Assembly: GCA_016931315.1 (NCBI GenBank)
Contig: JAFGFB010000091.1
Coordinates: 1-53,357, forward strand
Length of the DNA stretch: 53,357 nt
Origin: Anaerolineae bacterium
GTDB lineage: Bacteria; Chloroflexota; Anaerolineae; B4-G1; SLSP01
Direction: 5' to 3'
Within the stretch, counting starts at the first letter, position 1. Each line of letters opens with the position of its first letter. Below are positions 9,411-17,944 of this stretch, in pieces. The notes under the pieces were generated by a model. It made no database searches and was not told the DNA's origin. It saw only the letters and a program-made list of their open reading frames with translations. The position numbers and the translations under genes are program-made.

Positions 9411-10310
9411 ATGCAGGCAATTCCCAAATGGACCAGCGAGGGGGCCTGGTGGGATGGCGGTAGGCCTACGGAAATCGGGGCACTCTTTGATCCTCGCCGG
9501 CTTGAAACGCCAATGGACCGTCAAGAGCGGCGTTCTGGTGGCCGTCGCAGCCGCACGGTAACCACACTCAAGCGTGGGCGCTATGTGCGCGCTCGTCCCT
9601 CACCGCGTGACCCTTCTGACCTGGCGCTCGATGCTACTTTGCGCGCTGCTGCCCCTTTCCAGGTGCAGCGACGTACCAATCACCCCCAAGGTCCTGCGCT
9701 CCAACTCCGTTCGCATGATTATCAGCGCAAGGTGCGGGTGCGGCGTGCTGCCAACCTGGTGCTGTTTGTGGTAGATGCATCGTGGTCCATGGCAGTGGAG
9801 GAGCGGATGCAAGCGACCAAGGGCGCAGTGTTCTCGCTACTGACGGATGCTTACCAACGGCGCGACCGCGTGGGCCTGATTGTCTTTCAAAAGGATCGGG
9901 CCTTGTTGGTGCTGCCGCCAACGAATAGTGTGGATTTAGCACACAAACGGTTGGGAGATCTCCCTGCCGGAGGCAAGACCCCGCTTTCCGCGGGCTTGTG
10001 GCTGGCGGCACACACCATCAAACAGGAACTACTCCGCCATCCAGACCTGGAACCGTTGATGGTGATTCTCACGGATGGTGCGGGCAATGTCTCTATGGGT
10101 GATATGCCGCCTCAAGAAGAGGCCTACCTGTTGGCCGAGCAATTGCACGATGCCGAAGTGCGTTCTGTGGTGATTAACATGGAAGATGCGCGTTTTGACC
10201 AAGGGCTGGCTCAAAGCCTGGCGGAGCATCTCGGCGGCGAATGTTATAATCTTGCCTCACTTCAGGCTGATACGTTGTTACAGACCGTGCAAGGGGAACT
10301 TCGTAAATAA
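9411..10310 (+). CDS. von Willebrand factor A (VWA) domain protein, BchD/ChlD C-terminal-like
   Basis: MIDAS-type motif 'LFVVDASWSM' and '..GGKTPLSAGL..ILTDGAGN'. Basic region 'RRSGGRRSRT..RGRYVR' as in BchD. The start is uncertain because the frame is open upstream of 9411. Confidence 0.75.
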   Translation: MQAIPKWTSEGAWWDGGRPTEIGALFDPRRLETPMDRQERRSGGRRSRTVTTLKRGRYVRARPSPRDPSDLALDATLRAAAPFQVQRRTNHPQGPALQLRSHDYQRKVRVRRAANLVLFVVDASWSMAVEERMQATKGAVFSLLTDAYQRRDRVGLIVFQKDRALLVLPPTNSVDLAHKRLGDLPAGGKTPLSAGLWLAAHTIKQELLRHPDLEPLMVILTDGAGNVSMGDMPPQEEAYLLAEQLHDAEVRSVVINMEDARFDQGLAQSLAEHLGGECYNLASLQADTLLQTVQGELRK

Positions 10311-10410
10311 TCGTTTTGGCTGGGACTCCCTTAAAAAACACTCCTGGAATTGCGGCTTTAGCCGCTTTTTGCTGCCAATGGCAACTTGAAAAACCGTTTT
10401 TGTCTTTCTC
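10311..10410. repeat. Decayed or duplicated member of the hairpin repeat family with two 'GCGGC-TTTA-GCCGC'-type mini hairpins
   Basis: 'AAAAACACTCCTGGAATTGCGGCTTTAGCCGC' (10333-10355) matches 'AAAAACACTCTCTAAAATCGCGGCTTTAGCCGC' at 25064-25096. A second unit with GCCGCTTTAGCGGC lies at 10392-10405. Confidence 0.5.
10342..10360 (+). terminator. Small hairpin plus T-run, a possible terminator after the VWA gene
   Basis: GCGGC-TTTA-GCCGC followed by TTTTT. The stem is only 5 bp, so it is weak. Confidence 0.35.
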
Positions 10411-10471
10411 TGCCGCTTTAGCGGCTTTTTGAAGATCTGGAAACTTAATTTACGCTGTAATCCGACTGTGA

Positions 10472-11011
10472 GTGGGAGGCAACGTGCTGGATGAGGCAGT
10501 TCGCATTGGAGAACTACTGCAAAAGCGGGGCTGGTGGTTGGCAGTAGCGGAGTCGTGTACCGCAGGATTGTTGAGCCATCTCATCACTGAAATTCCTGGC
10601 AGCTCAGCTTATTTCCTTGGCGGCGTTTCGGCTTACGCGGATGCCATGAAACAGTCCTTGTTGGGAGTGCGCACGCAAAGCCTGCAACGCTGGGGTGCGG
10701 TCAGTGTGCAGGTTGCTCTGGAGATGGCTGAAGGGGTGCGCAAAATCTCCGGCGCAGAATTGGGGCTAAGCATAACCGGCATCGCGGGTCCCGGGGGCGC
10801 CACACTGGTCAAGCCAGTCGGTTTGACCTACATCGCTCTGGCGGCGCCCGGCGAACGGCGTGTGTGGCGCCAGGTCTGGTCGGGCGACCGTTCGTTCAAT
10901 AAGCTGGCTTCAGCACAGGTTGCCTTGAACTATGCCTGTGCTTATCTTTCTGGTTCTGCTGCAAGCGGGCCCTCTTTTAGGGACTCCGCTGCTCTTTGCT
11001 CTGCTTTCTGA
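10472..11011 (+). CDS. pncC: CinA-family nicotinamide-nucleotide amidase domain protein (PncC-like)
   Basis: Motifs 'LAVAESCTAGLL', 'GGVSAYADAMKQSLLGV' and 'LSITGIAGPGG..KPVGLTYIAL'. The 3' end overlaps the convergent gene by 70 nt. Confidence 0.8.
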   Translation: MGGNVLDEAVRIGELLQKRGWWLAVAESCTAGLLSHLITEIPGSSAYFLGGVSAYADAMKQSLLGVRTQSLQRWGAVSVQVALEMAEGVRKISGAELGLSITGIAGPGGATLVKPVGLTYIALAAPGERRVWRQVWSGDRSFNKLASAQVALNYACAYLSGSAASGPSFRDSAALCSAF

Positions 11012-11868
11012 GCCGCCGCTTCCAGGCGTTGGGCGCGTTTTTGGCTTGCCAGCAGCTCTAATCCCTGGCGCAGGGTCTTATGGATGGCTGACCCTCGCGC
11101 CGCGTGGGGAAAGAACACCTGTTGTAAATCGGTTGTGGCTTGAGCCATGCCTTCGCTATTGTCGGCTTTGCGTGCCAATCGCCCTGCAGCATGCTCCAGA
11201 GCGTGCATAAATTCCTGTTGGGTTTCCAGCTCGCCCCGTAGAATCGGTCCCGACCCTCTTCCGGGCACAATCCACTTGAGGTCTTTGCGCCTGGCAAGCA
11301 CTGTCAAAGTCTTGAGCCAGACGCTAAAGTCCGATGTGTAACGTAAGTCTGGGGGTTGACCGACGACCACTGTATCTCCGGCAAACAGGATTTTTTGCTC
11401 CGGAAGGGTCAACATCAGGCTGCCTGGCATATTGCCGGTCAGAGCTTCAAATCTCAATGGCGGTGTGGTGTAGTGCAGGTATAGGGTCTGGTCAAGCACG
11501 AGGGTGGGGTGGCGCGGATGTAAGTCCGCGAGCGCCTCAGCCTCGTCGGGATAAATCTGCCCGATACCGTGTAGCATTTCGGGCCAGGTTTTATCATCAA
11601 AAGCGGTCAGGCATTGTGCGGTAGCCTGCGTCACAATCATGGGCATGGGAGCCAGTGCTGCGCCGATCAGCCTCTCGGGTTGTGCATCGCTTAGCACCAG
11701 AAAGCGCGGTTGTCCCCATGAGTCGTGGAGCTCTTCCAGCCAGATTCGCGCCTGACTCGGTTGGGGAGGCATATCAATGGCAATCACCCCGTGCTCGGTG
11801 ACAACAACACCGAGGTTATAGGGTGCTAAACGGTCTTCCATGTAGATGTTGGGTGCAATTTCCTGCAT
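10942..11868 (-). CDS. Metallo-beta-lactamase-fold protein with all canonical His ligands replaced (likely non-catalytic)
   Basis: MBL-like strand pattern 'GVIAIDMPP..' is present. The HxHxDH position reads 'LSDAQPE', the 'GH' position reads 'GNMPGS', and 'VPGHG' reads 'VPGRGSG'. 'LFAGDTV' is retained. Confidence 0.55.
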   Translation of the reverse strand: MQEIAPNIYMEDRLAPYNLGVVVTEHGVIAIDMPPQPSQARIWLEELHDSWGQPRFLVLSDAQPERLIGAALAPMPMIVTQATAQCLTAFDDKTWPEMLHGIGQIYPDEAEALADLHPRHPTLVLDQTLYLHYTTPPLRFEALTGNMPGSLMLTLPEQKILFAGDTVVVGQPPDLRYTSDFSVWLKTLTVLARRKDLKWIVPGRGSGPILRGELETQQEFMHALEHAAGRLARKADNSEGMAQATTDLQQVFFPHAARGSAIHKTLRQGLELLASQKRAQRLEAAAQKAEQRAAESLKEGPLAAEPER

Positions 11869-11880
11869 TGTCTTCCTCGA

Positions 11881-13083
11881 TTACATCTCCATACTCAGAA
11901 CTCTGTTGAGGACCTCAAGTGCGGCTTCGGCCGTGCCAAGGGGAGCGCCCCCTTGCGCGAGGGTGGGCGTCCCACCCCCACGACCGCCGAGCTCTCGGGT
12001 GGCTGTGCGCATGCAGGCGCCGGCGTCCACCTTTTCCAGGTCATCACTGCGGGTGCAGATGAGTCTCAGGTTCTCTCCCTCTGTAACCATCAGGAAAGCG
12101 GTTGTAAGGGGCAACTCTCTTAACTTCCGCGCCAGGGCCTGAATCTCGCTAAAACTGCGTGTTTCCCAATGTTTCACGATGCGTCGTGCCCCGTTGTGCA
12201 CCGGAGCTGCTTGCCAGAGCTGCTGCGCCTCGATCTCGGCGAGTGTTTCCTGGCTTTGTTGTTGGCTGCGCCGCAATATGCGAATCTCATCTTGCAGTCT
12301 GGCGACAGCGTCGGCAAAATCATCGCTTCCCGCACTGAGCTGCGCGCCCAACTGTTGGAGAATCTGCAACGCATGGCGGTAATCGCGCAGCGCCCGCATT
12401 CCACAGAGGAAAGTGACCCTGATGCCTCCCTTATAGCGCTCGATTGCGGTAAGTTTTACCAGGCCGATTTGCCCGGTAAAGGGCGTGTGCGTGCCGCCAC
12501 AAGGGCTGGCATCATAACCCTCGATCTGCACGATGCGGATAACCCCACAAACTTGCGGTTCGCGGCGTAGATTGAAGTCTCCCAGTGCCTCTTCACCTAC
12601 CAGATGAATCGCCACGCGGCGGTTTTCCTGAATAATGCGATTGACCTCTTCCTCGACGCGAAAGGCTTCCTCCCAGCTCAATTGTGGCAAGTCAAGGTCT
12701 ACGGTGTTAACGGCTGTACCCATATGCACGGAGAGCGTGTTTGCCTGTAAAAACCGCATAAAGCCCGCGGAAAGCAGATGCTGACCGCTATGCTGCTGCA
12801 TATGATCGAAGCGTACATCCCAATCAATGCTGCCCCGAACACTGCTGGCATCCAGCGGTTTTTCCAGGAGATGCCAGATTCTGCCTTCGGCATCACTCCA
12901 GACATCCCGTACCGCAATATCATTGAGGGTGCCTACATCGTGCTGCTGCCCGCCAGAAGTGGGGTAGAATGCAGTCCGATCCAGGGCCACCGCCGGTCCT
13001 TTAGCCGTCTCTTGCTGTGACTCTACGCGAGCAGTAAAATCCTTGCATGTGACATCAGTGTAATAGAGTTTCTCGGTCGTCAT
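11881..13083 (-). CDS. alaX: AlaX-L type alanyl-tRNA editing protein (tRNA-synthetase second additional domain plus DHHA1)
   Basis: Motifs 'TAFYPTSGGQQHD', zinc motif 'HSGQH' and 'CGGTH', and C-terminal 'GGRGGGTPTLAQGG' (DHHA1). Confidence 0.85.
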   Translation of the reverse strand: MTTEKLYYTDVTCKDFTARVESQQETAKGPAVALDRTAFYPTSGGQQHDVGTLNDIAVRDVWSDAEGRIWHLLEKPLDASSVRGSIDWDVRFDHMQQHSGQHLLSAGFMRFLQANTLSVHMGTAVNTVDLDLPQLSWEEAFRVEEEVNRIIQENRRVAIHLVGEEALGDFNLRREPQVCGVIRIVQIEGYDASPCGGTHTPFTGQIGLVKLTAIERYKGGIRVTFLCGMRALRDYRHALQILQQLGAQLSAGSDDFADAVARLQDEIRILRRSQQQSQETLAEIEAQQLWQAAPVHNGARRIVKHWETRSFSEIQALARKLRELPLTTAFLMVTEGENLRLICTRSDDLEKVDAGACMRTATRELGGRGGGTPTLAQGGAPLGTAEAALEVLNRVLSMEM

Positions 13084-13095
13084 CGCCGCATTGCC

Positions 13096-15327
13096 TCAAG
13101 TGAGTTCGGGGGGGAGGGTGCGCGGCAGCGTGAAACTGAAAGTAGCGCCTTCACCGGGTTTGCTTTCGAGCCAGATGCAACCGCCATGCGCCTCGATGGC
13201 GAGCTTGCAGAAGGCTAAGCCTACACCCGACCCCTGGATTTGTCCCGTGGCGGAGCCGCGCGTATACATATCAAAGATATGTTCCTGTTCGTTGAGAGGG
13301 ATGCCGGGGCCGTTATCGCGCACCGAAAACTTGAACGTGGCGTCGTCAATGGCCATGTCCAGGTCAATAATGCCGCCATTCGGTGTGAACTTTATGGCGT
13401 TGCTGAGCAGGTTGACGAATACCCGGCGCAGCAGGTCCAGGTCGCCCTGAATCATGGGCGGATCGGCTGGCAGGTTCATGTTGAGCGTCTGCCGCCGGTG
13501 CGTTAGCATGGGCTGGCTGATTTCCTCCGTTTCATGGAGCAATGTGGTGATATCGAAAGCCGTAATCGCCAGGGGGCGCTCACCTTGCCGAAGCCGCGCT
13601 GTATCCAGGATCGTATTAATCAGCCGGTCCATCCGTTGGGCGCTGCGTAGGCTGATTTGTAGCAGCTGCTCGATGGGCATCGTGAGGTCTTTCTGCTGCC
13701 ATGCGGCGCGGATCAATTCTATGCTGTTGATGATGCTATTCAATGGCCCCCGCAGATCGTGGATGATCATATTGGAGAGCTGCTCGCGCATTGTCTCCAG
13801 CGCCACGCGGTCGGTGATATCATGTGCCAGCCATTGAAAGCTGGGTTCCGGACGATATTGAGGCAGCGCCGTGAGGTGTGCCTTGAAGGTGCGATCCTGC
13901 GCTTGAGCGATGGGGAGGGTGTATTCCCAGATGTACCTCTTCTGTGTCTGGAGCGCCATTTGGGCTTCCGTAAAGCCCTCACCGGCAAGTCCCATCGCGG
14001 TCAGCACATCTTGTGGTGTCGCTTCAGCAACATCCAATAGCGCTTGCGCTTCCTGATTCAGGTCCAGAACTTTTCCGGCTTCATCCAGAATGACGATGGG
14101 GTCCAGATTGAGGTCAAATAGCTGCTGAAAGCGTGCCTCCGCGTTATAGACCTGTTCGAAGAGAATGGCGTTCTGGATAGCCGGTGCGGCAAGGTCGGCT
14201 AGAGCCGACATAATCTCGCGCGTTTCCCGCACCTCCATGTCCTGTGCCGGGTTTACCATCTCGATGACCGCAACCGTGCGGCCTTTCTGGGTAACCGGCG
14301 CAGCATAGATGGCTTCGGTGCGGAAACCGGTCTGCTGATCAGTTTGGACGTGAAAGCGCTTATCGGCATAGGTATCAGGAACCCACACGGCTTCACCATG
14401 TTCTGCGACCCAACCGACAATGCCTTTGCCGGGTGGCAGATGCAATCCAACCATCTGATCCGCTACCTGACCTGAGGCGGCTTGAAAGGTTGTGCTTCCA
14501 TCGGCATTGACCAATGCAATGGAAACGGCCGCGGGTTGGAAATATTTCAGAGTCAGATTGAGCAGTTGTTGGAGGACTTCCTCACTATTGAGCGTAGCGC
14601 TGAGAGTCCTTGCTGCCTCCAGCAGAAAGGACTGGCGCGCGGCGCCACGTTGCGCCCATTCGGAGAAACGGGCATTGCGCAGGGCGGCAATGATATATTC
14701 CGTGATGGCACGTGCCCAACGTCGGTCGGTATCGGAGAATTGCTGAGGACGCTCGCCAAAGAGCATCAGCACCCCTAAGCGCTCGCCTTCAGAAGTAAGG
14801 GGCATTCCCAACCCGCTGCGCCATGGCAGGTCGGTCCCTTGGGGCTGTATTTCTGGTGTTGTGCCTGAATCGCTGATGTAGATCGGTTGTTGTGTGCGGA
14901 AGGCTTGCGCTGCCGGGTTATCCTCTTGCAGGTTAATTACCGGATTGGTTGGCAACTCGCCGGTGCGCCCAAACCAGGTTTTGGCACGCAGGGTTTCTCC
15001 TTCAGCCAGAAGGATCGCCGCAGCATCGAAAGCGACAATCTTTTGCATCTGGCGTAGAAGCAGGTTGAACACTTCGCCCGGATCAGTGGTACTGACGAAA
15101 CTCGAGCTGGCATGGGCCAACGTGGTCAACACCTGTTGGATGGTGTTCTCTTTTATCGCCCCATTTTCTATTGGCTGGTTTTGGAAACCTTTCTGCAATC
15201 GCATCCAAAGGGTTTTGAGCCGGTCCGCTGTGCTGGGATCGTTGTCTTTGTGATGCGGTGGCAGTCCTGTTGTCTCTTGAGGCGCACTGTTTTGTGGTTT
15301 CATTATTGGTCTCTCATACAAAATCAC
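13096..15327 (-). CDS. Sensor histidine kinase with GAF and PAS domains (soluble; no cognate response regulator nearby)
   Basis: H-box 'IIHDLRGPLNSI'; N and G boxes 'LLSNAIKFTP', 'DNGPGIP', 'GSGVGLA'. GTG start at 15327 or ATG at 15303. The stop of the upstream gene is 2 nt away. Confidence 0.85.
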   Translation of the reverse strand: MILYERPIMKPQNSAPQETTGLPPHHKDNDPSTADRLKTLWMRLQKGFQNQPIENGAIKENTIQQVLTTLAHASSSFVSTTDPGEVFNLLLRQMQKIVAFDAAAILLAEGETLRAKTWFGRTGELPTNPVINLQEDNPAAQAFRTQQPIYISDSGTTPEIQPQGTDLPWRSGLGMPLTSEGERLGVLMLFGERPQQFSDTDRRWARAITEYIIAALRNARFSEWAQRGAARQSFLLEAARTLSATLNSEEVLQQLLNLTLKYFQPAAVSIALVNADGSTTFQAASGQVADQMVGLHLPPGKGIVGWVAEHGEAVWVPDTYADKRFHVQTDQQTGFRTEAIYAAPVTQKGRTVAVIEMVNPAQDMEVRETREIMSALADLAAPAIQNAILFEQVYNAEARFQQLFDLNLDPIVILDEAGKVLDLNQEAQALLDVAEATPQDVLTAMGLAGEGFTEAQMALQTQKRYIWEYTLPIAQAQDRTFKAHLTALPQYRPEPSFQWLAHDITDRVALETMREQLSNMIIHDLRGPLNSIINSIELIRAAWQQKDLTMPIEQLLQISLRSAQRMDRLINTILDTARLRQGERPLAITAFDITTLLHETEEISQPMLTHRRQTLNMNLPADPPMIQGDLDLLRRVFVNLLSNAIKFTPNGGIIDLDMAIDDATFKFSVRDNGPGIPLNEQEHIFDMYTRGSATGQIQGSGVGLAFCKLAIEAHGGCIWLESKPGEGATFSFTLPRTLPPELT

Positions 15328-15329
15328 AT

Positions 15330-15968
15330 TCAGTCGAAAGTTACAATTTCCTTGCCCTGCAACCGTTCCATGATACGCTCGCTGATCATGCTCAGGTGAT
15401 CACCGTTAGCCACGAAGTCCAGACGATCCGCGGGCACGGTGAGAACCGGGCAAAGTGTAAAGGATTGAAACCAGGCTTCGTAGAGGGTGTTGAGTTGCGC
15501 GACATAATCGGCCCCGATCTGGCGCTCATAGCTGCGATCACGGTGTTGGATTTGCTCGATCAACGTCGGAAGTGAGGCGCGTAAGTAGATGACCAGGTCC
15601 GGCGGCGGCAGAATAGCCGTTACAGCTTCATACAGGTCACGGTAAGTGTTGAAGTCTCGCGGTTGCATCGCCCCGCGCAGAAACAGGTTTTGCGCGAAGA
15701 TTTCGGCATCCTCGTAGACGGTGCGGTCCTGAATGACTGAGTTGGGGCGATCAAGCAACTCGCGATGATGCCGTAGCCGGCGCGCCAGAAAGAAAACCTG
15801 GGAATGGAAGCTCCATTTCTCCATGCTCTCATAGAAATCAGCCAGATAAGGATTATCAGCGACGCCTTCCAGAAACGGCTCCCAGCCCAGTCGCCGGCTC
15901 AATAGCGTCGTAAGCGTGGTTTTCCCTGCGCCGATGTTCCCGGCAATGGCAATATAGTATTTTTTCAT
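15330..15968 (-). CDS. Deoxynucleoside kinase (dAK/dGK/dCK family)
   Basis: The track ORF extends to 16178, overlapping the upstream gene. ATG 15968 gives 'MKKYYIAIAGNIGAGKTT' (P-loop at residue 10), plus 'FLEGVADNPYL' and an 'DRTVYED' motif. Confidence 0.85.
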   Translation of the reverse strand: MKKYYIAIAGNIGAGKTTLTTLLSRRLGWEPFLEGVADNPYLADFYESMEKWSFHSQVFFLARRLRHHRELLDRPNSVIQDRTVYEDAEIFAQNLFLRGAMQPRDFNTYRDLYEAVTAILPPPDLVIYLRASLPTLIEQIQHRDRSYERQIGADYVAQLNTLYEAWFQSFTLCPVLTVPADRLDFVANGDHLSMISERIMERLQGKEIVTFD

Positions 15969-15982
15969 CAGGAGTACCCGGT

Positions 15983-16879
15983 TTAGCCTTTCATAGAAAT
16001 GCCGGCGCGATTTGCTAGCGTGGTCAATGCCGCCAGGGCGGTCCTCAGTGCCTGCTCCAATTCCGTGGATGTTCCATCCGGGCCAATAGGCGGGTGTAGC
16101 GTGAGCGCTCCCCCGATTTTGCCCACTGCCTGCGTCAGTGCGAGGAAATCTCCCAGGGCTTGCCAATTGCTTTCGCATTGGGCTTCAACAGTTTTGATGG
16201 GTAGACTCCAGTTGAAGTGTGGTATTGCTTCTACCTCTGGACTCAGGAGGCTAGGCTGATGCGTACCCGCCAGTGCCGCGAGAATGCGATTCTCGATGAA
16301 TTCCAAATCTTCCGGCGCACGCACAAAGTTCAGCGAGTCCGTATCAATGATCAGCGATGGGGCCTCGGTGTAGTTGCTAAACAATCCCTCATAGCTCTGG
16401 CGCAAGGCTTCGATATAACCGCGATCCATCTGCCGCTCGTAGGGACGATCTCGCATGGCAATGCGCTCCATGAGCGTATCCAGGTTGGCGCGTAAATAGA
16501 CCACCAGGTCGGGTTTGGGTGTATTCTCCGCCAGCGCTTCATACAGGCGATCGTACATTGTCAATTCCTCGCCTGTGATATTGAGATGGGCAAACAATCG
16601 GTCCTTGGCAAATAGATAATCTGCCAGCACCGCCCCCTGTCGCTGGTGTGCCGCCAAGAGCTGTTGTTGGCGGTAACGGCTTAGCAGGAAAAAAATCTGT
16701 GTCTGAAATGCATAGCGGGCACGATCGCTGTAGAAATCGGATAGAAAAGGGTTCTCCTCAAATGCTTCGAGAATGAGCATCGCCTGAAACCGCGGCTGCA
16801 AAAGCCGCGCCAATGTGGTCTTGCCTACGCCGATGACTCCCTCAAACACGATGGAAGAATGATGACCGGCAGTATTCAC
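15983..16879 (-). CDS. Deoxynucleoside kinase paralogue with a roughly 90-aa C-terminal extension
   Basis: P-loop 'FEGVIGVGKTT', plus 'EAFEENPFL' and 'DRPYERQ'. GTG 16879 follows AGGAG with a 7-nt spacer; the track start is 16969. After the kinase core, about 90 aa follow ('..NWQALGDFLALTQAVGKIGG..') with no motif I recognise. Confidence 0.8.
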   Translation of the reverse strand: MNTAGHHSSIVFEGVIGVGKTTLARLLQPRFQAMLILEAFEENPFLSDFYSDRARYAFQTQIFFLLSRYRQQQLLAAHQRQGAVLADYLFAKDRLFAHLNITGEELTMYDRLYEALAENTPKPDLVVYLRANLDTLMERIAMRDRPYERQMDRGYIEALRQSYEGLFSNYTEAPSLIIDTDSLNFVRAPEDLEFIENRILAALAGTHQPSLLSPEVEAIPHFNWSLPIKTVEAQCESNWQALGDFLALTQAVGKIGGALTLHPPIGPDGTSTELEQALRTALAALTTLANRAGISMKG

Positions 16880-17023
16880 TTCACGACTCCTGTGTGGGAT
16901 GACAAGTGATGATGTGCACGCTGCAAGCAAAGTAACGCGTTTGGGTGCTCCCGTATTGGCTTTAAGCATACCCTTATTGTGTCAAAAGTCAAGATTTTGT
17001 TTTACTCTTTTTTATCTATTAAA

Positions 17024-17051
17024 TTGACATTTTTATAGAATATGTTACAAT
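17024..17051 (+). promoter_or_regulatory. Putative sigma70-type promoter of the PDO gene
   Basis: TTGACA (17024-17029), a 16-nt spacer, then TGT-TACAAT (17043-17051), all in an AT-rich divergent intergenic region. Confidence 0.5.
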
Positions 17052-17105
17052 GCAGCCACTTGCCGGATTAAACTCACGGCTGACTTTTTCAGGAGGTAGG
17101 TTACG

Positions 17106-17753
17106 ATGGCTTTGCTGAATGATGAGATTAGTGGACAGGTGCGTGAACTGTTTGATGGGATGCCCAGCGTAGTTCGTCTGGTTTTCTTCAAGTTGCCTGA
17201 GGATCAGTGCGAATATTGCGGTGTTATTGAAGAGCTCATTACGGAGCTGGCGGAGACCTCTGCCAGGGTTGTCGTGGAGACTCACCGGTTAGACGTCGAT
17301 AAGGATGCCGCCGCAGCTTATAGTATTGATAAGGCGCCTGCGCTGGCGATTGTGGGCGAAAAAGACTATGGCTTGCGTTTCTTTGGTCTGCCCGCCAACT
17401 ATGAGTTTTCTACATTGGTTCACGGGATTCAGGCGGCGGGGCATGGTGCTCCCGCTCAATTGGATGAGGCGACCTCGAGCTATCTGGCTTCGCTCGATAA
17501 ACCCGTGCACTATCAGGTCTTTGTGACGCCGGGTTGCCCGTATTGTCCTGGAGCCGCTGTATTGGCCTATGACATGGCGGTCGCCAGTGAGTGGGTGCAG
17601 GCTGAGGTGGTTGAAGCTTCTGAATTCCCTGACATTGCGGATCATTATGGCGTCATGGGCGTGCCTCTCAACATTATCAATGAGACAGGACGGGTTGAGG
17701 GCCGTGCACCGCAGAACATGATTGTCGAGACCATCAAATCAGTGCTGGCGTAG
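17106..17753 (+). CDS. Protein disulfide oxidoreductase (PDO) / glutaredoxin-like two-thioredoxin-fold protein
   Basis: Two Trx-fold units with 'CEYC' and 'CPYC' sites, and 'VFVTPGCPYCPGAAVLAYDMA'. 215 aa. AGGAGG lies upstream. Confidence 0.8.
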   Translation: MALLNDEISGQVRELFDGMPSVVRLVFFKLPEDQCEYCGVIEELITELAETSARVVVETHRLDVDKDAAAAYSIDKAPALAIVGEKDYGLRFFGLPANYEFSTLVHGIQAAGHGAPAQLDEATSSYLASLDKPVHYQVFVTPGCPYCPGAAVLAYDMAVASEWVQAEVVEASEFPDIADHYGVMGVPLNIINETGRVEGRAPQNMIVETIKSVLA

Positions 17754-17783
17754 CCAGAAAGGATTTGCGGGGTTTTTGATGGG

Positions 17784-17817
17784 GAGGTCCGGTTCTTTTT
17801 CCGGGCCTCTCTCTTTA
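17784..17817 (+). terminator. Possible terminator after the PDO gene
   Basis: 9-bp stem GAGGTCCGG pairs with CCGGGCCTC (one G.U pair) around an 8-nt loop, followed by TCTCTTT. Confidence 0.4.
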
Positions 17818-17944
17818 GCCCCTTCCCGTCGGTTGGGCAAGCGTTAGGAAGACCGGGCATGTTTATCCGACCCAACCCGGTTTGAGTCAGGCAAGCGCGC
17901 TGCATCTGGTATGAAGTGTTCTGTAGCCGATAGTCTGTCCCATA

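Noticed and set aside
15969-16178. N-terminal 70-aa extension of the downstream deoxynucleoside kinase (track ORF 15330..16178)
   Set aside because: The extension overlaps the C-terminal coding region of the upstream kinase in another frame. ATG 15968 places the P-loop at the normal distance from the N-terminus.
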